From IMG/VR virus record IMGVR_UViG_3300037418_004082: a stretch of DNA of 64,000 nucleotides; one strand, given 5' to 3'. Source of the stretch: a virus. Of this stretch, positions 26,738-36,376 are shown one piece after another; the first letter of the stretch is position 1; each line of letters opens with the position of its first letter. A program made the translations under genes and the position numbers. The notes beneath the pieces were generated by a model that was not told the DNA's origin, did no database searches, and saw nothing but the letters and a program-made list of their open reading frames with translations.

Positions 26738-28231
26738 TTGAACGTTCGCGTCGCCGACGAGCCGTTGGTCTTCACCGACAACAACGGCCAGCCCATCTTC
26801 ACCATCCAGCCCGATGGCAAGTTCCTGATCGGCGATCAGGAGATGCCGATCCCCGCCGTGCAGCAAGCGATGTTCGCGCAGTTCGCGCAGGCGTTCGTGG
26901 AGTCGAACGCCAACCAGGGCAAGACCATCTTGAAGATCACGAGCCACGCCGCGCGCATCGTGACGGATCTTCAGGCCGCGATCGGGGACGGCGAGCCCAC
27001 CGCGGAGCAGAAGCTGTTCGCGCTGCAGGCCCAGGTGTTCCCGGAGGTGGAGTTCGCGTTCGACCCCGCCACCGACGGCAACGTGGACATCTACATCGGC
27101 CTGCTGGAGCGCTTGAAGCACAACTTCTACAACGCGATCCAGATGGCGGAGTTGCGCGCGATGGCGAAGGCCAAGGCCGACGAGCAGAAGGTGCGTGACC
27201 TCGCCGCCAACCAGGTGGTCGAGAACGGCGCGGACGTGCTGCAGAACGGCGAGCCGATGAGCGCGCCCACGGAGATCGCGCGTGGCAGCACGAACGGCAA
27301 GACGCGCGTCACGAACGAGGACGGCAGCGAGTACGTGCCGGAAGCGTACCAGCCCGTCAACCCGCCGGTGGACGCGCCGCCCATCACGCAGGAGGACATG
27401 ACCTTCCTGTCCGGCCAGCCCATGGAATCGCTGCCGGAGCTGGAGGGCGAGGACGCCGCATCGCTGCAGCGCGGCATCGACCAGGCCGCCAACGGTGAAG
27501 GCCGCGTGCTCGACCTGAACGAGCTGCCCTACGAAGGTGATGATCCCGACCTCGTCAACGCCGCCATCGCCGCGGGTGGCATCGTCGTGGCCGGCAAGAT
27601 CATCACGCAGGACGGCTCGTACGAGACGTTCAAGCGCGCATGGGAAGGGACGAACGAGGACGCGGTTCGGATGCTACTGTCCAGCGCGTACCCCGACCAC
27701 CACGTGACCTGGTCGTGCGAGCAGGTGACCGAACCCGCGGACCCTCTCGATGCCGCGTCGGCGGCGACGGAAGCTGCGAGTGCTACTTCCGATGCGGCCT
27801 CGACGATCCCCTCTGGTGAACCGCACGTGCTCGTGGACGAGGCGGGCAACCGCACGCTCTCGTCCGCGGGTGAAGCGTTCTTGCGGTCGTCGGGCGTGGA
27901 CGATGCGGGTATCGCGGACATTCGGGCCAAGCTGGCGGCACGCACGCAATTTGAGCTGATGGCGGAGGTGAAGAAGCTGCAGGAGGCCGCCACGAGCACC
28001 GCGAGCCCTACGGTGGACACGTCTTCTACATCGAAGAGCGAACCTGTCTCGGATGCGGCGCCGACCTCTCCTACCGAAGCGACGAGCACGTCTGCCGCGG
28101 TTGAGGAGGTGGGCACGACCAACGACAGCCCTACCAGTGCCTCGCCTGTGGACGAGGCTACGAACGACGGCCCTGCCCAAACTGCTTCCCAAGAGTCGTC
28201 CGCGGGTACGGACGAAGCGGCATCGTCATAA
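26738..28231 (+). CDS. acidic protein with S/T/A-rich disordered tail
   Basis: TTG start after AAGGAG; ~497 aa. Confidence 0.8.
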   Translation: MNVRVADEPLVFTDNNGQPIFTIQPDGKFLIGDQEMPIPAVQQAMFAQFAQAFVESNANQGKTILKITSHAARIVTDLQAAIGDGEPTAEQKLFALQAQVFPEVEFAFDPATDGNVDIYIGLLERLKHNFYNAIQMAELRAMAKAKADEQKVRDLAANQVVENGADVLQNGEPMSAPTEIARGSTNGKTRVTNEDGSEYVPEAYQPVNPPVDAPPITQEDMTFLSGQPMESLPELEGEDAASLQRGIDQAANGEGRVLDLNELPYEGDDPDLVNAAIAAGGIVVAGKIITQDGSYETFKRAWEGTNEDAVRMLLSSAYPDHHVTWSCEQVTEPADPLDAASAATEAASATSDAASTIPSGEPHVLVDEAGNRTLSSAGEAFLRSSGVDDAGIADIRAKLAARTQFELMAEVKKLQEAATSTASPTVDTSSTSKSEPVSDAAPTSPTEATSTSAAVEEVGTTNDSPTSASPVDEATNDGPAQTASQESSAGTDEAASS

Positions 28232-28319
28232 CGTAACCAGGTAACAAACGAGGTGGGTGCCGTGTGCGCCCACCTTTCTCACATTAGCAGTTCATTCGAT
28301 TCACGTTCAGGAGGATGGT

Positions 28320-28499
28320 ATGGCACGTCGTGCGAGCAGCTATTACGTCATCGACCTCACCGGACGCATCGTTGCGGTGAGCAGAGACTACAAAACCACG
28401 AACCCCAACGCGGAGGTCTACACGTCACGCACGGCGGCCAACGATGCGTTGCGCCTGCGCTTGCAACTCGCTGACGACGAGGAGCTGTCCTACGGCTAG
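28320..28499 (+). CDS. small hypothetical protein
   Basis: MARRASSYY... after GGAGG. Confidence 0.65.
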   Translation: MARRASSYYVIDLTGRIVAVSRDYKTTNPNAEVYTSRTAANDALRLRLQLADDEELSYG

Positions 28500-28557
28500 T
28501 CATTGACACGTCACGTGTGTTATGCTTGCTCGTAGGATGACGTACAACGGAGGAACC

Positions 28558-29190
28558 ATGGACGAAGTAGCATACCCGCCCGCGCCCTATCCGCTGGGCG
28601 AAGTGGTGCGCAAGGTGATGCGCGAGCGTGGCATCGGCCTGCGCCAGATGAGCGAGTTGGTGGGCCTGCGCGCCGCCAAGTTCTGCGACTACATGCGCGG
28701 CAAGGAGAAGACGCCCGTGAGCGTCGCGGCCAACATCGCCAAGGCGCTCGACATGTCCATGGGCGAGACGTTGCACCTGCAGGAGCTGTGCGAGGTGCCG
28801 CTGCCCGACTGGGAGGCCATCGCCAAGAAGCAGCGCGAGCTGGAGGACGAGGGCAAGCTCATCGTGTTCCGCAACACGCGTACGGTGATGGATCGCGCCA
28901 TCATCAAGGCGATGGACGAGAAGCTGCAGGAGTTCCACGACTTCATCGCCATGAACGGCTGGTCGGACCCCAACTCGTTGATGGAGCTGGAAGAGCTGCT
29001 CGACAAGACGGACTACGTGCCGCTGCGTAAGAGCGCCATCCGCACGGCCTACATGGCGTACTTCCTCAACAACCCGCCCGTGGCCTTGCCCCCGCAGCTT
29101 GACAACCTGCCGCTGCCCTACAAGGCGGAGGACATCCCCACGCTCACGGAGCTGCTCGACAACATCCAGCAGGGCAACGCCGATGCCTAA
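28558..29190 (+). CDS. XRE-family HTH protein
   Basis: LGEVVRKVMRERGIGLRQMSELVG...DYMRG...AANIAKAL. Confidence 0.75.
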   Translation: MDEVAYPPAPYPLGEVVRKVMRERGIGLRQMSELVGLRAAKFCDYMRGKEKTPVSVAANIAKALDMSMGETLHLQELCEVPLPDWEAIAKKQRELEDEGKLIVFRNTRTVMDRAIIKAMDEKLQEFHDFIAMNGWSDPNSLMELEELLDKTDYVPLRKSAIRTAYMAYFLNNPPVALPPQLDNLPLPYKAEDIPTLTELLDNIQQGNADA

Positions 29191-29509
29191 CGGTGCGTGT
29201 GTCTTCACGCCGTTCGAGGAGCGCTTCCTGCTGGAGCCCGTCAAGACCATCACCAACGCCGGGATGGCGCTGGAGTATTCGTGTGAACTGCAGGACCTCG
29301 TTAAGCAGCGTGCACGTGTGAACACGAGCGGCCAGGTGTACCTGCTCATCTGTTCGCGTATGCGCGAGCTGGAGTTCGAGCTGAAGTTGTGGCGTTTGAA
29401 CAATCCCACGACCACGACGATGCTAGACGATCCGCGCACGGACATCTATTACAAGAGCACGCGTACCAACCCCAAGTACCCCGACATCAAGACAAGGAGA
29501 CTCACGTGA
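29183..29509 (+). CDS. hypothetical protein
   Basis: MPNGACVF...; overlaps upstream stop. Confidence 0.65.
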   Translation: MPNGACVFTPFEERFLLEPVKTITNAGMALEYSCELQDLVKQRARVNTSGQVYLLICSRMRELEFELKLWRLNNPTTTTMLDDPRTDIYYKSTRTNPKYPDIKTRRLT

Positions 29510-29868
29510 CCGCCTTCGACGACTTCATCAACAAGAAGCTGCCCACGTCGCAAGACAAGAAGCAGCTCAACGACCTGGCGCTGTCCACGCCCAACGGCGG
29601 CGACATCCTGTTGGGCCGCAACGCCAACCAGGCAGGGCCTTTGGAGTCAGGCACCGTGCCGATCGCCAAGCTGCCGCGCGAACGCCAGACCATCGACGCC
29701 AGCTCGATCAGTCAAGCCCTCGATCAAGAGGCCGTGCTCTCGACGCTGCGCGCGGACGAGCAGATCCGCAAGACGGCCAAGCTGCACGCCAGTGACGAGC
29801 GCCAGCAAGAGGACGACACGTCGATGGTCAAGTACGGCGACCAGGCCGACGACACGGAGGGCGTGTAA
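29506..29868 (+). CDS. hypothetical protein
   Basis: GTG start after AGGAGA. Confidence 0.7.
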   Translation: MTAFDDFINKKLPTSQDKKQLNDLALSTPNGGDILLGRNANQAGPLESGTVPIAKLPRERQTIDASSISQALDQEAVLSTLRADEQIRKTAKLHASDERQQEDDTSMVKYGDQADDTEGV

Positions 29869-29869
29869 C

Positions 29870-30715
29870 ATGGAGACGTGGCAGAAGGAGTTCGCGCGTC
29901 TCGTTGACGCCTACAACACCGCACGTGACAACCACGCGGGCCTGCGCAGCTTGGGTTCGGTCGGCAACGAGGAAGTCCTCGCCGAAGCGTCCAAGGTGCA
30001 GACCGCCGCGTTCGACGCGCTCGTGGCGTACGTGGAGCGTGGCGTCGTTGCCGGCCCCGGCTTGGAGAAGGTGAACGGCACGTTGAGCGTCGCGCCGACC
30101 CTCGCCGGCATCTTGAACGTGGACCTCAAGGGTGCGTGGGGCGGCATCACGCTGGCCGACGGCTCGAACATCGTGCCCGACGCCAACGGCAACCTCGTGC
30201 ACGCGCCCGCCGTGCCCCAGAGCAGGCTCCTCGACGACGGCACGGGCAAGACGATGGACCAGCTCATCAAGGAGCAGGCCCAGGCGCTCGTGGACGGCCC
30301 GGCGCACAAGGCCGCGCTCAAGCTGGCCGACACCCTGCTCGCGCACCCCCAGCCCACCATCTTCGACACGCCGGAAGATCTGGCCGGGATGCTCGAAGAT
30401 CTCGCCGCGCTCGCCCCGGAAACCCTGCATCGCGGGCTGCGGAACATCATCGCGGACGAACTCTTCAACACGCGCGCCAAGCTGCACGAGCTGGCGTCCG
30501 ACCTCCAGAAGGAGACGCTGCGCTTGCGTCAGCGGCTCGACCAGAACGGCATCAACCACAAGGACATCGCCAAGAACTGGTACAACGTCAACCCGCCCGC
30601 GTTGCCGCCTGGCGACCCGATTGGCGTGAAGGTGGTGACCATCGACACGCCCAACGGCCCGATGCAGGCGTTCGAGCAGGTGACGATCACGGCCGACGTC
30701 CAGGAGGGCGAGTAG
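29870..30715 (+). CDS. hypothetical protein
   Basis: METWQKEF... after GGAGG. Confidence 0.75.
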   Translation: METWQKEFARLVDAYNTARDNHAGLRSLGSVGNEEVLAEASKVQTAAFDALVAYVERGVVAGPGLEKVNGTLSVAPTLAGILNVDLKGAWGGITLADGSNIVPDANGNLVHAPAVPQSRLLDDGTGKTMDQLIKEQAQALVDGPAHKAALKLADTLLAHPQPTIFDTPEDLAGMLEDLAALAPETLHRGLRNIIADELFNTRAKLHELASDLQKETLRLRQRLDQNGINHKDIAKNWYNVNPPALPPGDPIGVKVVTIDTPNGPMQAFEQVTITADVQEGE

Positions 30716-31072
30716 ATGACGACGCTGTTCGAACGCGCCCTGATCACCCTCGGCGAATGCTTCGCGGGCAGTTCGGCGGCCGTCAAGGACTCCTTCTGCC
30801 ACGTCGTCTTTGAACTGCGTGGCCTCGACGGCAAGGCCATCCTCGACCTGCTGAAGCCCAGGCCCGCCAACGAGGACGCGCTGAACATCGACTACCTGGC
30901 GTGCCAGATGTACAACGCGTACGGCGAGGAGTGCGACTTCAAGACGTGGGACGGCAAGCCGATGCCCACGTGGGACGACCTCGTCACCAGCGGCTCCAAC
31001 GTGGTCGATCGCTGGAAGGCGTCGGCGACGCGTGCGTACCGCATCGTCAAGGAGCACTTGACCAATGGATAA
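30716..31072 (+). CDS. hypothetical protein
   Basis: 118 aa abutting the upstream stop. Confidence 0.75.
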   Translation: MTTLFERALITLGECFAGSSAAVKDSFCHVVFELRGLDGKAILDLLKPRPANEDALNIDYLACQMYNAYGEECDFKTWDGKPMPTWDDLVTSGSNVVDRWKASATRAYRIVKEHLTNG

Positions 31073-31820
31073 CATCCAGACCACGCTGTCTCATGACGAC
31101 GCTGGTGTGCACGTCGTCAACAACAAGGGGGTTACGCTGCACACCGTGTCGTGGGACGTGCTGCACCGTTGGCTGTACGTGGACTACCGCCAGTTGGAGA
31201 ACATCAAGCGCAACAGCTCGTGGGTCGAAGGGTTCATCTTGCGCACGGCACGTGTCGAGATGCACCACAGCTTCGAGGGCCCTAAGCTGTCGCTGGTCGT
31301 GGGAGGCTCCAAGTACGACGAGCGCTACAGCGTCAAGCTCTCGCACGAGCAAGCCGCGGAACTGATCTGCCGCGAGCTGCCCGACGAGGCGAAGAGCTTC
31401 TACATCGCCGACATGCGCATCCGCGAGGTGCCCAAGCAACAGGAAGACTGGGCGCGCTACGGTGAGATCGGACCGCGTAGCGGTACAGGCTTCCGCTACA
31501 CCGTGTTCGACACGCGCCAGGAAGCGGAGGCCGCACTCGTCGAGATGCTGCAGGATCTCATCAACGACGTGCGCAAGAACGCGAAGGGCGTGACCATCAC
31601 GCTCAACGGCACGCCTCACGTGCTGGAGAACGCGCTCGTCACGTACGACGTCATTCGCCGTCTGCTGGGCCACAGCGACGATGACGTCGCCCACCCGCTC
31701 TACAGCGTCACATATGCGAACGCTGCCAACCCGTTCGCGGGCATCCTGGCGCCGGGCGACGCGGGCGTGGTCGTGATGCCTGGCACGCGCTTCGAAGCAA
31801 CCGTCACGGGCAACGCGTAA
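31065..31820 (+). CDS. protein with C-terminal multi-ubiquitin (beta-grasp) domain
   Basis: VTITLNGTPH...VTYDVIRRL...YSVTY...GILAPG...VVVMPGTRFEATVTGNA matches the Multi_ubiq pattern. Confidence 0.7.
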   Translation: MDNIQTTLSHDDAGVHVVNNKGVTLHTVSWDVLHRWLYVDYRQLENIKRNSSWVEGFILRTARVEMHHSFEGPKLSLVVGGSKYDERYSVKLSHEQAAELICRELPDEAKSFYIADMRIREVPKQQEDWARYGEIGPRSGTGFRYTVFDTRQEAEAALVEMLQDLINDVRKNAKGVTITLNGTPHVLENALVTYDVIRRLLGHSDDDVAHPLYSVTYANAANPFAGILAPGDAGVVVMPGTRFEATVTGNA

Positions 31821-31823
31821 CCA

Positions 31824-32204
31824 ATGGCTCGCGAATGGAACGACGGCGCGCTGCGCACGCGCCTTGCCAAACTGATCGAGCAGGTGTGCTCGACAGAAAC
31901 ACGCAAGGTCACGTGCAAAGTTGGCGACATTCGTGGTAGTGTCGGTGGCCGTCGTAACTTATTCGATGCGAGCTACGTGTGGACGGCTCGTGTAAGCGTC
32001 GAGGGCGAGCACTCGCGCGAGCTGGGTTGCTACCAGACGATGAAGCAGTGTGTACGAATGGGATTCGTGTTGAGTATTTGCGAGACCTATGGCGACTGGG
32101 AAGCGCTCGCGTTCGGCGAGGTTGACGGTCGCTGGGGCAGCAAGATGACCGCCGACAAGAAGCGCGAGCTGAACGTCGTCGTGCCGAAAGGAGTACGCCT
32201 GTGA
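31824..32204 (+). CDS. hypothetical protein
   Basis: 126 aa with lower GC3 than neighbours. Confidence 0.65.
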   Translation: MAREWNDGALRTRLAKLIEQVCSTETRKVTCKVGDIRGSVGGRRNLFDASYVWTARVSVEGEHSRELGCYQTMKQCVRMGFVLSICETYGDWEALAFGEVDGRWGSKMTADKKRELNVVVPKGVRL

Positions 32205-32785
32205 AGCTACATGTAGGCGGCCTGTGTCAGGGGTGCGGCAAGTGGCGCCAGCCCATCTGCGTCACGCGCAAAGGCGTGCACCAGGTCGTGTGGATGTGCC
32301 CGGACCAGGTCGTGAAGCTGCAGCACGAGCAGCCCGCACGCAACAACGTCGTGGTCGTGGGAGACGACGGGCCGCGTGGCGTGTGGAAGGATCCTGGCGA
32401 CAACGACTGGTGGTTCGGCGTGACCAAGGGCGAAGGCCCGGACGGCGGGCACAACGACAACGTGAAGCGTGCGAACGCGGAGCTGGAGCGTCGCCGCGAG
32501 GCCGGCATCCCGACGCCGCACACGCTCACGCTCGAACAGGTGCTGGAAGAGATCGGCAAGCCGTACGTGAAGATCGAGGCGGACTGGCAAGCGACGATCG
32601 ACTTCACCAAGGATCCGGCCACCATCAGCGTGGACCCGAACCTCACCGTCACGTACACGGGGGAGCAGATGGTCCAGGTGAACCTGGACGAGCCCTACAA
32701 TGACCGCCCCATCGTCAGCTCGATGGGTGCGGAGGACGAGCCCGGCTACGACGACGGCCCGATCGGCCGACCGTTCCACGATTAG
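32201..32785 (+). CDS. hypothetical protein with N-terminal Zn-ribbon
   Basis: CQGC...C...CP. Confidence 0.7.
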   Translation: MKLHVGGLCQGCGKWRQPICVTRKGVHQVVWMCPDQVVKLQHEQPARNNVVVVGDDGPRGVWKDPGDNDWWFGVTKGEGPDGGHNDNVKRANAELERRREAGIPTPHTLTLEQVLEEIGKPYVKIEADWQATIDFTKDPATISVDPNLTVTYTGEQMVQVNLDEPYNDRPIVSSMGAEDEPGYDDGPIGRPFHD

Positions 32786-32799
32786 AAGGAGACAAGCGT

Positions 32800-33315
32800 A
32801 TGAGTATCGGGCTGGGCCTCGTCTGCACGGGCCTCTTCATCGTAGGGTTCGTGTGGGGCTGGGAGAAGCGCAACCAGGTGCTGCGCCTGACCGGCGCGGA
32901 GTTCGTGGCGCGTAGCTATGAGCAAGCTGGCTACCCGCTGGTCGAGCGGCCCGCGCAGCCCGATCGCACGCACCACGTGCACAATGACGAGCGCTGGAAG
33001 CACGGCCGCTGTCACCACGGCCTGTGCCTGGAGCCCGCGGTGGGCTACTTCGTGAAGGACGAGTTCCTGCTGACGCACGACCCCGTGCCGTCCACGCTTC
33101 CGTTGATTCCGCTCTGCACGGCCCACAACGACCGCCACACGCGCGTGGACATCGAGACCTTCCACGAGCACGTGCACCAGATCGTGCTCGACCTGCGCAA
33201 GAAGGCGTTGGAGGACGGCATCATGCAGGAGCTGGACAAGCCCGCCCCCGCCGACACTGCCAACTACCGTCCCATGGACCACGGCGACTGGGTCACGAAA
33301 AACTTCAACTCATAA
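32800..33315 (+). CDS. membrane-anchored hypothetical protein
   Basis: N-terminal transmembrane helix; His/Cys-rich body. Confidence 0.7.
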   Translation: MSIGLGLVCTGLFIVGFVWGWEKRNQVLRLTGAEFVARSYEQAGYPLVERPAQPDRTHHVHNDERWKHGRCHHGLCLEPAVGYFVKDEFLLTHDPVPSTLPLIPLCTAHNDRHTRVDIETFHEHVHQIVLDLRKKALEDGIMQELDKPAPADTANYRPMDHGDWVTKNFNS

Positions 33316-33380
33316 GGTTTACGTTCGCATCCCACTCGACATCTATCACATGTAACCCCTTCGCATCACAGGAGAGCCAC

Positions 33381-34493
33381 GTGTACAAAGCGTACAAGGA
33401 GATGAACTTCAAAGCAGAAACCCTGCTGATGATCAAGCGCGCCAACGAGTTGATCGCGGACTACGCGCAAGATGGCTTGATCCTCAACCTGCGTCAGATG
33501 CACTACCAGTTCGTGTCACGTAACTGGTACGCCAACACCGACAAGAACTACGACCTGTTGGGACGCACGCTCACGAACGCTCGCGAGTGCGGCCTCGTGT
33601 CGTGGACGGCGCTGGAGGATCAGGAGCGCGAGCTGGTGACGCGCCCGCAGTGGAAGAACGCGCAGCGCTTCATGGAGATCGTGATGCCGCAGTTCCACAT
33701 CGACATGTGGGACAACCAGCCGCGTCGCGTCGAGGTGTGGGTCGAGAAGAAGGCCCTCTTGAACGCCGTGCGACGCGTGTGCCACCCGCTCGACGTGCCC
33801 TACATCGCGTGCAAGGGCTACATGTCGGCCACGGAAGAGTGGCTCGCCGGCCAGCGCATCAAGCGGTACGCGGAGGTGTTCGGCCAGGAGACCACCATCA
33901 TCTACCTGGGGGACCACGATCCCTCGGGCATCCACATGACGGAAGACCACATCACGCGTCTCGCGCGTTTCGCGGAACGTCCCGTGGATGTGCGCCGTGT
34001 CGGTCTGAACTACGACCAGGTGCTGCGCTACAAGCCCCCTACCAACCCGACCAAAGACAAGGACTCGCGCTCGCCGGAGTACATCGCCACGTTCTGGGAC
34101 GCGGAGCCGACGGACTACTGCTTGGCTTGCGGCGACACCAAGCACGCGCCTAACGAGGATTGCGCGAGCACGGCGCCGTGCTGGGAGCTTGACGCGTTGT
34201 CGCCGCGTCTCATCTCGCTCATCGTGAAGCGTGCAATCCTCGACGTGCGAGACAACGATGCGTGGGATGTGCGCGTGGAGTTCTTCAAGCAGGAGCAGCT
34301 CAAGCTCGCCAAGGCCGCCAACATGAACGTCGAGGACCTGGAGACCGACGACGATCCGCTGTACTCTTACGAGGAAGAAGAGCTGGACGACGAGCACGAA
34401 GAAGAGGATGACGAGAGCGAGGAAGAAGCCGAAGACCGCGCTCGTCGCGAGTACACCGGTGACGACGGCGTCAGCGACCCGTTCGACGACTAA
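33381..34493 (+). CDS. Topoisomerase VI-A/Spo11/JetD-like TOPRIM protein
   Basis: LRQMHY, VEVWVEK, YLGDHDPSG, RVGLNYDQV, WELDAL; GTG start after GGAG; acidic tail. Confidence 0.8.
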   Translation: MYKAYKEMNFKAETLLMIKRANELIADYAQDGLILNLRQMHYQFVSRNWYANTDKNYDLLGRTLTNARECGLVSWTALEDQERELVTRPQWKNAQRFMEIVMPQFHIDMWDNQPRRVEVWVEKKALLNAVRRVCHPLDVPYIACKGYMSATEEWLAGQRIKRYAEVFGQETTIIYLGDHDPSGIHMTEDHITRLARFAERPVDVRRVGLNYDQVLRYKPPTNPTKDKDSRSPEYIATFWDAEPTDYCLACGDTKHAPNEDCASTAPCWELDALSPRLISLIVKRAILDVRDNDAWDVRVEFFKQEQLKLAKAANMNVEDLETDDDPLYSYEEEELDDEHEEEDDESEEEAEDRARREYTGDDGVSDPFDD

Positions 34494-34538
34494 CGCTCGT
34501 ATGGTATGATGTGTCCTTCGCACAAAGGAGGACGCATC

Positions 34539-34847
34539 ATGACCCGTATCACCGCCGCTTCCCTCGCCGTCGTGCTCGCCGGCACCTTGATGGTCGTCAA
34601 GCCTACCAAGGCCAACGACGTGGACCGCAGCACCTACCGCAGCGACACCGGCATCACCACGCCCATCGTCGCCAACCGGGGAGCTTCCCGCGAGGTCTGG
34701 GAATACAAGGTGGAGGAGTTCCCGCTCGCCAAGGACAAGCACTTCGAGGTGTGGCTTAACGAGCGAGGCAAGCAGGGTTGGGAAGTTTGCGGCGGCTCGC
34801 CGTTCCTCAACCGCTTCATGTTCAAGCGGCGCACGTACCGCTTCTAG
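34539..34847 (+). CDS. exported DUF4177-like protein
   Basis: Signal-like N-terminus; WEYKV...LNERGKQGWEV...FMFKR. Confidence 0.75.
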   Translation: MTRITAASLAVVLAGTLMVVKPTKANDVDRSTYRSDTGITTPIVANRGASREVWEYKVEEFPLAKDKHFEVWLNERGKQGWEVCGGSPFLNRFMFKRRTYRF

Positions 34848-34898
34848 TTCACACGGTTCGCATCACGTTCGACGCACATTCGCATCAAGGAGGTTCAC

Positions 34899-35108
34899 AT
34901 GAACGGCCGCGTGGTTGGCTACAAGATGCACCCGGACACGCCTTTCGTTGGCGATCCGCCCGTGCCCCAGAGCCCCGATGGCACGACGCCCATCATGCCC
35001 CTGTACGACACGTTCACGATCGAGGTGCGTGCGACACGTGGCAGCTACGAGCACGGCGCGCTGCTGCAGAAGATGCAGTACGGCACGGAGTTCCACGTCA
35101 ATGCCTAA
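34899..35108 (+). CDS. small hypothetical protein
   Basis: 69 aa after AAGGAGG. Confidence 0.65.
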   Translation: MNGRVVGYKMHPDTPFVGDPPVPQSPDGTTPIMPLYDTFTIEVRATRGSYEHGALLQKMQYGTEFHVNA

Positions 35109-35454
35109 CTTCGCGATCACCATCCCCAAGGCGTTCTCCTGGGACGACTTCATGCGCGAGATGGACGTGCTCGCGAACAACATGGGCGAGACCAAGAACG
35201 TGCGCTTCCAGGGCAAGCCGCAGATGATGCAGCCCGGAGACCGCATGTACATCGTCTACGACGGCTTCGTGCGGGGCTACCTGGTGTACGAGGGCCACGT
35301 GTTCCTGCCGTCCGACTGGACGTGCTCGACCACCCAGCGCAAGATGAAGGCGGGCCACTACATGCGCCTGCGCGGCCCCTGGACGGAGACGCCCAAGTGG
35401 CCCATGCAGGGCTTCCAGGGCTACCGCCGCTACACGCCGCCGGAGGCCGTCTGA
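35101..35454 (+). CDS. hypothetical protein, possibly PUA/ASCH-like
   Basis: QPGDRMYIVYDGFVRGY. Confidence 0.6.
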   Translation: MPNFAITIPKAFSWDDFMREMDVLANNMGETKNVRFQGKPQMMQPGDRMYIVYDGFVRGYLVYEGHVFLPSDWTCSTTQRKMKAGHYMRLRGPWTETPKWPMQGFQGYRRYTPPEAV

Positions 35455-35888
35455 TGTTCTGGGTCACCGTGCTCGCGTGTTGGCTAGGCTACTGCATCTT
35501 GTTGACGGGTGTCGTGGTCATCTTCACGGTCTTCGCGGCCGTGCTGTTCGAGACTTTCAACAAGTACATCGAGCGCTTCTTCCAACCATCACGTAACTCG
35601 TGGCTGCTCTTCAACTTCTTGTTGTGGCGTGCGTACAAACGCAAAGACGTCGAAAACATCGACCACCTCGAAGACGGTTTGCGTAAAGCACGCAACTACG
35701 ATCGTGACGTGCACTCCCTGCAGAACGCCATCCACCTGTTGGTGGGCGCGCTCGACAACGATGGCACGAGCAACTATACGGTGGAAGAAGCGATTCGTCA
35801 CGCCGTGAAGACGTCGCACGAGGCCAAGACGAGCTACGCGCCTATGCCGCGCATCCCGAAGGACAAGTCGCGTGCCCAGGAACCGTGA
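35454..35888 (+). CDS. membrane protein
   Basis: Long hydrophobic N-terminus; TGATG coupling. Confidence 0.65.
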   Translation: MFWVTVLACWLGYCILLTGVVVIFTVFAAVLFETFNKYIERFFQPSRNSWLLFNFLLWRAYKRKDVENIDHLEDGLRKARNYDRDVHSLQNAIHLLVGALDNDGTSNYTVEEAIRHAVKTSHEAKTSYAPMPRIPKDKSRAQEP

Positions 35889-36237
35889 CGCCTACACGTC
35901 GGACGGCAAGTTCTACCTGGACGAGAACGGCGAGATCACCAAGCAAGCCAGCATCGACGCGGAGAACGATGGCTTGCTGGGCCACATCCGCATCTTCAAC
36001 ACGCACAGCATCTGCCTGATGGACCGCCAGACGCGCAACTCTCTCGACAATTGCCGCACAGCACCCATCGAGTTCCAGCAGGACTGGAAGCCGGACGAGA
36101 TGATGCGGTTCGCGCTGTGCGTGCTGCGCGCCAACGGCACGCCGGCCGCGCTCTTCGCAGCAGGTCAGCTCCAGGCGATGATCAAGGGAATGGCCGGCGA
36201 TAACTCGCCCGTGCTGGGAGGCGACGGTGCCACGTAA
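35872..36237 (+). CDS. hypothetical protein
   Basis: 121 aa. Confidence 0.65.
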   Translation: MPRNRDAYTSDGKFYLDENGEITKQASIDAENDGLLGHIRIFNTHSICLMDRQTRNSLDNCRTAPIEFQQDWKPDEMMRFALCVLRANGTPAALFAAGQLQAMIKGMAGDNSPVLGGDGAT

Positions 36238-36376
36238 GAAGCAGAGCGCCATCGAGCGCTGGGAAGAAGCCGTGTCGCACGCGACGGGCTACGGCTGCGA
36301 CCCCGACGTGATCGCGAAGATCCAGGCCGACGAACAAGACCGCCTCAACGGCGGCGATGAGGAGGACGAACGGTGA
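36227..36376 (+). CDS. small hypothetical protein
   Basis: Hand-translated 49 aa (VPRKKQSAIERW...) after GGAGG. Confidence 0.6.
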   Translation: MPRKKQSAIERWEEAVSHATGYGCDPDVIAKIQADEQDRLNGGDEEDER

